34,012 bases of DNA from a virus (Duplodnaviria; Caudoviricetes), in the IMG/VR virus record IMGVR_UViG_3300017783_000100, positions 1-34,012 of that record. One strand, written 5' to 3'. The notes below the pieces were generated by a model. It saw only the letters and a program-made list of their open reading frames with translations, was not told the origin of the DNA and searched no databases. Positions 27,249-34,012 of this stretch are shown piece by piece. How positions within the stretch are numbered: the first letter of the stretch is position 1; every line of letters starts with the position of its first letter. A program made the position numbers and the translations under genes.

Positions 27249-29071
27249 TACAATGTTGTTATTCTACCTTTTATATCGCTATTGGGGTATTTTACTTCAA
27301 ATATCATCGGATCGTATGAAGGATATACTACATTACGTTTTGTAGCTCCTTTTACGTCATAGGCGTATTTTGAATATATACCGCCTTGTTTATTAACAAC
27401 TTCGATATTTTCTACCGTTTGAACTCCTTTTACTCTATCAAGAAGAGTATAAATTAAAGAAAGGTTAATAGGTTGATTGATAGACCATTTAGATATATCA
27501 AAGAAGTCTTTTAATTCGTTAGTACAGTTTAAAAGTACATCTCTACCGTTATAGTTAGGTCTTATCATTATATCAAAATTGATACCTACATTTACCACAA
27601 ATGCATCTTTGATTGAAATAGCATCTGTGATCATTTTATACTGTGAGATATAAGTTTTAAGATTTTCTTTTAAATTATCAGTCGCATTTACTACTTTTTT
27701 GTTTCCGTCAAAAGCTAGTACATACATAGATAAAGCTAAAGGATTGGAGTCTATAATATTATTAGCAGTTGAGTTTCGACTTACTAACTGGTCTTGAGTA
27801 ACATATGCTTTAGCTATCGAACCAAATTGAGAAGGTAAAGTTAAAGCTCTAAAAGAGTAATCCTGTAAAGTGACAGCTCGACCTTGTTCGGCAAAAGCCC
27901 TTCTAGAATTTTCTCTTAATTCTTCTACTGTATCTCCGTCTCTTCCTCCGGTTGCCGGTTGCAAGTTTGTAAAAGATAAAGAAGACACTACAGTAGCATC
28001 TGCATCTGCTTGTGTTACTACTGTCTTTTGGTTAACAACGGTATTAGCAGGTACGTTAGACTCTACACCACCCCCTACTAAGTATCTAATAGTTAAAGTA
28101 GTGTCTGAAGGTGCAACTCCATAAGCTGAGGAGTATAAGAAATTATTCGGGTCGTAATTTTTATCTATAGTTGATACTTTGTCAGTTGAACCTATTCCTA
28201 CATTCAAAGGGTTAGGTAAAAAGTCTGTATCTAATTGACCGGTTATACCTGAGCCGAATTGTACTAATAACTGTCCAGAAGAATTAAATCTAGTTACAAA
28301 TCTTCTTGGTACTCTTGTAGCTGTTAAAACATAAGGTACTGTTGTTGAATCTGTTCCTTCATTTGCTACTTCTTCAAATATAGTGTCTTGACCTAAAAAT
28401 GGCACTTCGCTATATACTTTTCCATCACCGTCTGTAATATCTAATACACGGATAATCTTCTCATCATCTACAGTAATAGTTAAAAATTGCTCAGCTGCTC
28501 CTATTGTTTCTGTTACGGTTTTTACTGTCCCAGAGGTAGCCTTTACTTTTTTAGTTAAAGTATATTCAGCAGGATTTCCATCACCGTCGAGACTAGCAAT
28601 TCTCACTTCTGTAGGATCGTACGAAGAAGAAACTCCGAAATCAATCTTTCTATCAATGATAAAATTGATATCTCCATTTACTGAAGCTCCTATAACTGCA
28701 TTTGAGTCTATAGTTAGTGCTTGAGAATAATCTGGATTATAGTTTGCTGTTTTACCTACTCTGTGGCTTACACTTAACTCTACTTCAGATATAGTAGATA
28801 CTTTAGGTTTATATCCAAGCATATAAGCAAGGTTATAAAGATTGTCAGGTTCTTTAGCATACTGTAAATAAGTTTCCTGTAACTGAGTGTCTTGATAAAA
28901 CGACAATACATCTCCAACATATGCTGCCATTTCGATAAACATAGTACCAGGAGAGGTTGGAGAGAAATCATTATAAGTATCAGGAAAGTAATTCTTAGCA
29001 TACTGAACAAGCTGATCCTTAAAGTCTGTAAACTCCCGGTTAATGTATTTTATATCTCTTTCTTGAGCCAT
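27248..29071 (-). CDS. gp6: Baseplate wedge subunit, T4 gp6-like / baseplate J family
   Basis: YINREFTDFKDQL..YFPDTYNDF..SPGTMFIEMAAYVGDVLSFY, FGSGITG, YLVGGG, ATGGRDGDTVEELR and RAVTLQDY. Confidence 0.9.
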   Translation of the reverse strand: MAQERDIKYINREFTDFKDQLVQYAKNYFPDTYNDFSPTSPGTMFIEMAAYVGDVLSFYQDTQLQETYLQYAKEPDNLYNLAYMLGYKPKVSTISEVELSVSHRVGKTANYNPDYSQALTIDSNAVIGASVNGDINFIIDRKIDFGVSSSYDPTEVRIASLDGDGNPAEYTLTKKVKATSGTVKTVTETIGAAEQFLTITVDDEKIIRVLDITDGDGKVYSEVPFLGQDTIFEEVANEGTDSTTVPYVLTATRVPRRFVTRFNSSGQLLVQFGSGITGQLDTDFLPNPLNVGIGSTDKVSTIDKNYDPNNFLYSSAYGVAPSDTTLTIRYLVGGGVESNVPANTVVNQKTVVTQADADATVVSSLSFTNLQPATGGRDGDTVEELRENSRRAFAEQGRAVTLQDYSFRALTLPSQFGSIAKAYVTQDQLVSRNSTANNIIDSNPLALSMYVLAFDGNKKVVNATDNLKENLKTYISQYKMITDAISIKDAFVVNVGINFDIMIRPNYNGRDVLLNCTNELKDFFDISKWSINQPINLSLIYTLLDRVKGVQTVENIEVVNKQGGIYSKYAYDVKGATKRNVVYPSYDPMIFEVKYPNSDIKGRITTL

Positions 29072-29481
29072 TACTGTTCAAAATTTATTACTAACGAATC
29101 TTCTATATTAGTTTCAGATATTGTATACGCCATAGTAAAATATACCGTATTGGTATCTGGTTGTGCATTTAATTGCATATCAGTAGTTACAACTCTAGGA
29201 AAGTATACGCTCAAGCCTTCCTGTATTACGCTTTTTATTTGATCTATCTTATCTTGAGTTAGTTGATCAAAAAGTAAATTTCTTAAACCACTCCCAAAGG
29301 TTGGATTTAAAAATCTTTCTCCGGCACCGGTTAAAAAGAAATTTATCATATTAGTTTTTATAGCATCTTTTGTTTCGTAAGTAGTATTAAATACACCTGG
29401 ACCTGTAAAAGGTAGAGATACTCCAACACCTTTACGTGGTTGGAGATCTAACGGATCTATTTTTTTTACTTCGAATGCCAT
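29071..29481 (-). CDS. gp25: Baseplate wedge subunit, gp25/GPW family
   Basis: AIKTNMINFFLTGAGERFLNPTFGSGLRNLLF...YFPRV, directly upstream of gp6. Confidence 0.9.
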   Translation of the reverse strand: MAFEVKKIDPLDLQPRKGVGVSLPFTGPGVFNTTYETKDAIKTNMINFFLTGAGERFLNPTFGSGLRNLLFDQLTQDKIDQIKSVIQEGLSVYFPRVVTTDMQLNAQPDTNTVYFTMAYTISETNIEDSLVINFEQ

Positions 29482-29482
29482 C

Positions 29483-29917
29483 TTATGCTACTCCGTATTT
29501 TTCTTTATCTTTTTCAACAGAAGCTTTATAAACAGCTCCTGCTTTCTTAACAAAATCAAACTGTGATATATCTAAACCTGGAGCTGGTCGACCTGAATCT
29601 ACCATTCCCATATTAGATGCCATCATTTCGGCAAAGTTTGGTTTTTGAACCATGTCAGAAGTACCTGATACTACATTCCGGTATTCATCGTTATTCATAG
29701 AAGCTTTAGTTTGATTAATCATCTCCTGGATCGGATCGGATGATTTAGCTGTCTGTACTTCTTGAATCTTAGTTGGTGATTCAAATTTTTGAACATTTGG
29801 TTTAGCATCTGGCTGACTGGCAACACGAACTGCTTCTGTAAGCATATCCTGTAACTCCTCCTTAACAGCTGCTTTAACCTCTTCTCGTATGATTTTTCTT
29901 AATTGATCGAGTTTCAT
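29483..29917 (-). CDS. Hypothetical protein, possible protease-processed head-associated protein
   Basis: N-terminus MKLDQLRKIIREEVKAAVKEELQDMLTEAV, preceded by TATTTATA. Confidence 0.55.
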   Translation of the reverse strand: MKLDQLRKIIREEVKAAVKEELQDMLTEAVRVASQPDAKPNVQKFESPTKIQEVQTAKSSDPIQEMINQTKASMNNDEYRNVVSGTSDMVQKPNFAEMMASNMGMVDSGRPAPGLDISQFDFVKKAGAVYKASVEKDKEKYGVA

Positions 29918-29920
29918 ATA

Positions 29921-29928
29921 TATAAATA
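29921..29928 (-). promoter_or_regulatory. Candidate late promoter TATTTATA
   Basis: Lies in the 17-bp intergenic gap, 3 nt before ATG 29917. Confidence 0.62.
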
Positions 29929-29934
29929 GTTATG

Positions 29935-30753
29935 TTATGGAAGTTGATTATCTATTCTAAATTTTAATTCTTTTATTAATACATCAGTAGAAGAAGCAAA
30001 CGAGGAAGGACCTCTTAACACTATTACCCCTATCTGATCTTTTGCTACTGCAAACCTTCTAGGTGCTATAGAAGGAGAGTTTGGATCGGTTTGTACAGAC
30101 AAGGTATAATCTTTTCCGTTAGCACTTCTAAAAGATACGTCTGTGTTAGTACCAACTGTTCCTTCTTTATTTGCACCTTCAGTTGCTTCTTTAATAAGTT
30201 TAAGTTGTTCTTCTGTAAAGCCTCCGTTTTTAGAACATTCTTCTATTGAAGGGCTTAAAGAATCTAATCTAGATTTTAAATTTACTAAATCTGAATCAAC
30301 ACTCCCTAGTATTGCTTTACAAGCTGCTATATCGTCTTCAATGGAAGCAGCCAATTCACTAGCTAATCTTAAAAGATCTGCGTATTTATTTGTTATAGCT
30401 ATAGGAAGAGAAAAGATAACACCTACCGGGCCTGGGCCTCCTACTGTTGTTAATATAGGAACAACTTTTAATACTGAAATGACATTGATAGCTACTGTTA
30501 ATGTAGTTTCAAGTCTGCTTACCATTCTTTCAAATGGTTTAATTCTTCCTCTTAGATTAGCTGTATTCCTTGATATAAGATTTAGCGTATTTACTATTCT
30601 TACTAATTCGTTAGGAGAAGGGCATTGATTTGAAAATTGAGTAGTGATAGAACTAACCTCATCCAAAATTCTACCTCTAGCATCAGCTTTTATTTTACCT
30701 ACTTGAGCTCCTACTACTCCCGCTAAATTAGATGGTTTTATTCTGTAGCGCAT
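29935..30753 (-). CDS. Hypothetical alpha-helical protein with central hydrophobic hairpin
   Basis: Coiled-coil-like segments flank VAINVISVLKVVPILTTVGGPGPVGVIFSLPIAI. Coupled to the spike gene. Confidence 0.55.
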   Translation of the reverse strand: MRYRIKPSNLAGVVGAQVGKIKADARGRILDEVSSITTQFSNQCPSPNELVRIVNTLNLISRNTANLRGRIKPFERMVSRLETTLTVAINVISVLKVVPILTTVGGPGPVGVIFSLPIAITNKYADLLRLASELAASIEDDIAACKAILGSVDSDLVNLKSRLDSLSPSIEECSKNGGFTEEQLKLIKEATEGANKEGTVGTNTDVSFRSANGKDYTLSVQTDPNSPSIAPRRFAVAKDQIGVIVLRGPSSFASSTDVLIKELKFRIDNQLP

Positions 30754-31913
30754 TATTCAGTAAATACTTTTTTAGACTGTAAGGGACCTGTTTTTCCTTT
30801 TAAAATTTTTAAAGTAGCAAGTGCTGCTGAACCTTCTGTGTTTAAGCTTCCTACCGGTCCTCCACCATTAGCTGCTATAGACATTGATTGAGCTATTCCA
30901 GACATTATATCTATCAGCTCTTTCATATAATTTATAGTAGCTGTTCCTTTCAGGACAGGCTCTTTAGTACTTTGAGGAGCTTTTGCAACTTTCTCTCCTA
31001 AAAATATAAGTTCAGCATCTATCGATACTTCTTTTACTCCGTCTAAGTTTATATAATTACTCTGAAGTTCTAAGTATTCATTAGAGTTAAAAAATATACC
31101 TTCTTCTTTAGCATTAAAATATAACCTACCTCCATTTATAACTACTTGTGAACCTTTATATTCATTGGCAAGAGGTGGTTTTATTCTAACTCCATAAGAC
31201 TCTACTTTATTTCTTACTTGGTTTAAAGGTACTAAATGATCTGATGTTAAATATATAGATGAAGCATCTTCGTTTATATCCTCTATAATAGGGTCATAAG
31301 GGTTATCAGCTTGTTTTTGACCGTTACTTAGTATAGTAAGAGGCTTTCCTATATTTGTTCTATCTACAAATTCGTTTTTAGGAGAAGGAAATCCAGTTAA
31401 TCTAAGTGATTGACCTTGTCTGCCGTCTAGTATAATATCGCCAGGGAAAGGTTGCATAGGGTTTACATTAGTTAACTCATCTATATCCTTACCTAGATCT
31501 AATTCTTTATCTATATCATCTGGAAATGCAGCATGATTTGGGTGATTCCATAAATTAACTATAGTATTGTAATAAGTCTTAACGTTTAAGTTAGAGGTAT
31601 CTAAACCGTAACCAGGTGCGGACGTTAAAAGTACTATTTCGTTCTTAAGAGGAAACTTTCTTAGGTCGCTAGATATAGGATAAGCAACAGGTAAGACAGT
31701 AGAATCTGATTCTTCTATGTCTTTTTTAAGTAATCTATACTTTATTGCACCTACAGCTTCAGATCTTCCTAATTTGTCCCATTCTTCATGGGTGTCATCA
31801 AGGATAACATCAACTACCCGGACAGGAATCATATTATTCCCACCAGAAGATGATTTTTTAGCAGGGTCAGTTGCTAAAGGTACGTTAGAGTAGAGATTAT
31901 AAGAGTAGTTCAT
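30753..31913 (-). CDS. Baseplate hub/central spike, gp5/gpV/VgrG-like (no lysozyme domain evident)
   Basis: OB-fold-like VRVVDVILD...AYPIS...FPLKNEIVLL, GDIILDGRQGQSLRL and beta-helix-like SQVVINGGRLYFNAKE. Upstream of gp25. Confidence 0.68.
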   Translation of the reverse strand: MNYSYNLYSNVPLATDPAKKSSSGGNNMIPVRVVDVILDDTHEEWDKLGRSEAVGAIKYRLLKKDIEESDSTVLPVAYPISSDLRKFPLKNEIVLLTSAPGYGLDTSNLNVKTYYNTIVNLWNHPNHAAFPDDIDKELDLGKDIDELTNVNPMQPFPGDIILDGRQGQSLRLTGFPSPKNEFVDRTNIGKPLTILSNGQKQADNPYDPIIEDINEDASSIYLTSDHLVPLNQVRNKVESYGVRIKPPLANEYKGSQVVINGGRLYFNAKEEGIFFNSNEYLELQSNYINLDGVKEVSIDAELIFLGEKVAKAPQSTKEPVLKGTATINYMKELIDIMSGIAQSMSIAANGGGPVGSLNTEGSAALATLKILKGKTGPLQSKKVFTE

Positions 31914-32287
31914 TATAATTCTTTGTCCGAATCTTCGTCTTTATGTATATCGTCTACGTTTTGAGCTGTTTCTTCCGATTCTTCAAGTAAATCTTGTAAT
32001 TCTGAGAAGTCAAACATCTCTCCGTCACCGCCTTTGGCTTGAATTGCTTCAATTCTCTGTACAACGGTTGCTAATTTTATAAGATGCTCGTCATTTTTAA
32101 CACCTATCTCCATATACTCTTTGATCATAGGTACAATTAATGTAGCATCCCCAATATTTTCTATTAAAGGCTTAAGTTCTCCTATCAAACCTCTTACTTG
32201 AGCACGGGTTTCCGTAGAGTTATCGTAGATTTCACCGAAAATATCAGATAAGGTCTTCTCTCTGAATATAGTTTTATCTAAACTCAT
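31913..32287 (-). CDS. Hypothetical helical protein
   Basis: 124-aa ORF with an acidic tail, preceded by TATTTATA and coupled by TAATG to the spike gene. Confidence 0.6.
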   Translation of the reverse strand: MSLDKTIFREKTLSDIFGEIYDNSTETRAQVRGLIGELKPLIENIGDATLIVPMIKEYMEIGVKNDEHLIKLATVVQRIEAIQAKGGDGEMFDFSELQDLLEESEETAQNVDDIHKDEDSDKEL

Positions 32288-32299
32288 AGTCTTTTTTAT

Positions 32300-32307
32300 T
32301 ATAAATA
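32300..32307 (-). promoter_or_regulatory. Candidate late promoter TATTTATA at the head of the baseplate operon
   Basis: Intergenic, 12 nt upstream of ATG 32287 and directly after the sigma-factor stop. Confidence 0.68.
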
Positions 32308-32309
32308 GA

Positions 32310-33014
32310 CTACAATGGCTTATTGTAAATTAGCCCTTGCTCACTCAAAATCCTGTGATTTATATAAAAATCCTCTTTTAGAACCGATATAACACGAGTT
32401 AAGTGAGGAGTTTCACACTCTGTCATCTCTCTAATATAGATATACAGTGCTTTTTTCTTAAAAATTTCAAGATCATACCGAGTTTTAAAGACGGTTAACA
32501 CAGCATCTGCGATTTCTTGATCAGATTCTTTAGGAAATAACTCTTCTAGGTTAGAATACGCTTCTTCTATCCAAGAATCTAAGAAAGTCGCTAAAGAGAT
32601 AGCGTTTTTAGAGCGTACATCTGTGTCTACCTCGTAAGAATCTTCAACATCATCAAAAGATCCTATTTGTTTAAGCTTTTTATAGTTTTTATTGTTATAA
32701 TTAATAAGCCAACGTTTAACTATAGTGCCGAAATAGGAATAAGCTTTTGCTCCATTAGTAGGATCAAACTTATCTATCTTTTCAGACATTAACATAGTAA
32801 CAACTTCATGTTTTAAGTCTTCTATTTTTTCAACATCTGTATAATAAAACTTAAAAGTATGTATTATATTCTCTGCTAACTTATAAAAAGGTAAGTATAT
32901 ATGTTCGGTGAATATATTATTTCTATATTCGGTGTCTTCTGAGTTATTAAACTTTACTATATAGTCTTCTGTCTCTTTTGTAAAGTAATTACTACTAGCT
33001 TTCTTTCTTGCCAT
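32310..33014 (-). CDS. gp55: Phage sigma factor, T4 gp55-like (late transcription)
   Basis: NYF, FYKLAENII, DLKHEVV and KFDPTNGAKAYSYFGTIVKRWL resemble sigma region 2 as in gp55. Confidence 0.72.
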   Translation of the reverse strand: MARKKASSNYFTKETEDYIVKFNNSEDTEYRNNIFTEHIYLPFYKLAENIIHTFKFYYTDVEKIEDLKHEVVTMLMSEKIDKFDPTNGAKAYSYFGTIVKRWLINYNNKNYKKLKQIGSFDDVEDSYEVDTDVRSKNAISLATFLDSWIEEAYSNLEELFPKESDQEIADAVLTVFKTRYDLEIFKKKALYIYIREMTECETPHLTRVISVLKEDFYINHRILSEQGLIYNKPL

Positions 33015-33288
33015 AGTTTTCCGGGAGCATGTATCGGTCTAGCTCTTCTTGAACAGTTTTCATTGATTCAAAAAATAACCCAACCTCATCATCTGATTGA
33101 AAGACCCCTCGTTCATCTAGATTCTGCAAGTGTTTTTGTGATTCTGAAATAGTTTTTGAAATACTCTGTAGGTATTGTACTTGATCTTGTACAACATCTT
33201 CATATTTTTCTACTTTTACCAATAGGTTACGTAAAGCAACTATAGATACTATAAGTAATATACCTAGAATAATGGATAGTACCAGCAT
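32995..33288 (-). CDS. Small membrane-anchored coiled-coil protein
   Basis: N-terminal TM segment MLVLSIILGILLIVSIVAL followed by heptads. Confidence 0.65.
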   Translation of the reverse strand: MLVLSIILGILLIVSIVALRNLLVKVEKYEDVVQDQVQYLQSISKTISESQKHLQNLDERGVFQSDDEVGLFFESMKTVQEELDRYMLPENYGKKES

Positions 33289-33289
33289 T

Positions 33290-34012
33290 TTATAGATTTT
33301 TTAACATATTTTGTAATCCTGAAGAGGAATTTACTCTTTTTCCTGTTGAAGATTGTGATTTTTTCGTTTTAGCATCGGTTGTACCGCCGTTTCTTTTCCA
33401 AATATCGTACTCTACCTTAGAAGCTAGAAAATCTGCTGAGTGTAAAATAGAAATTATGCTAGTTTTCTGACGTGAAGTAGGTTGATGACTGAAGAAATAC
33501 GCTTCATTAGCTTTATCGAACACTCCATCATGGCATCTAATAGCTAAATACTCTTTCTGATTAACTTTAATGCCGAACTTCTGGAGTAGGTATAGAGAAC
33601 GATCCTGAATAAGCATAAAGTCTAACTCTGGATTGTTAGTATACATTTCATTGAGCTTATCTTGACGCCATTTATCAGTTTGAGGTAAATAGTTAGGTGC
33701 TTCCCCATTACCCATCTTACCTAAATCGTGAAATAATGCGGCAAAAACAAGTTCTTCTTCGGTGAAGTCTACCTCTCCACCCATTTCCTTATACAACCTC
33801 ATTTGTTTTACCGCATATTCCACAACTCTATTAACGTGATCAACGTATCCTCCGGGAAAAGCATTATGATACCATGTTTTACCACTAGCAGGAGCCATAA
33901 TATAGGTATCCTCCATATGTTCAATCATAGATTTAACCGAGTCTTTACGTTCGGTAATGTAAGTATCTATAATTTTAAGATGCTTTTCGTAATTTTTTTG
34001 TATAAGTTCGGC
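33290..34012 (-). CDS. HD-domain phosphohydrolase (partial; true start beyond window end)
   Basis: APAS..YHNAFPGGYVDH, LFHDLGK, CHDG and HSADF. The frame stays open from 33928 to 34012 (AELIQKNYEKHLKIIDTYITERKDSVKS). Confidence 0.85.
   Translation of the reverse strand, partial: AELIQKNYEKHLKIIDTYITERKDSVKSMIEHMEDTYIMAPASGKTWYHNAFPGGYVDHVNRVVEYAVKQMRLYKEMGGEVDFTEEELVFAALFHDLGKMGNGEAPNYLPQTDKWRQDKLNEMYTNNPELDFMLIQDRSLYLLQKFGIKVNQKEYLAIRCHDGVFDKANEAYFFSHQPTSRQKTSIISILHSADFLASKVEYDIWKRNGGTTDAKTKKSQSSTGKRVNSSSGLQNMLKNL

Noticed and set aside
2013-30628. All plus-strand ORFs in the track (e.g. 4610-5035, 6801-7133, 30143-30628)
   Set aside because: They are antisense shadows of minus-strand genes, often Gly/Ser-rich, with no recognisable motifs or independent signals.
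1-34012. Stop-codon reassignment, tRNA or structured ncRNA
   Set aside because: Genes tile densely under the standard code using TAA, TGA and TAG stops, and the largest gaps are only about 55 bp.

Overview
This window is a 34-kb, AT-rich, tightly packed fragment of a large myovirus genome of the T4 superfamily. Every credible gene is on the minus strand. In transcription order (high to low coordinate) it encodes an HD hydrolase, a gp55-like late sigma factor, a gp5/gpV-like spike, gp25- and gp6-like wedge proteins, a 1640-aa wedge protein, three DUF3751-like proteins, a collar fibre and two long Ser/Gly-rich fibres. These are followed by three tandem six-bladed Kelch-propeller fibre paralogs, an EndoII-like GIY-YIG nuclease, a cluster of small coupled genes, primase, a PD-(D/E)XK exonuclease, a lipoprotein and a zeta-like P-loop kinase. 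A Bacteroidota host is inferred from the lack of Shine-Dalgarno sites, the lipoprotein style and the fibre motifs. Three ORFs are missing from the supplied track: a 21-aa, 7-Cys metallothionein-like micropeptide (3057-3122) coupled to a cupin gene, a 47-aa basic peptide (2911-3054) and the 5' part of the kinase (1-476). Other notable signals are a TATTTATA candidate late promoter, capsid-targeting-like N-termini, a Kelch cassette array with an identical 29-bp boundary, pervasive [ST]-[GAS]-S motifs and Cys in virion proteins, and strong CCGG over-representation. All assignments come from motif recognition by eye, with no database searches.
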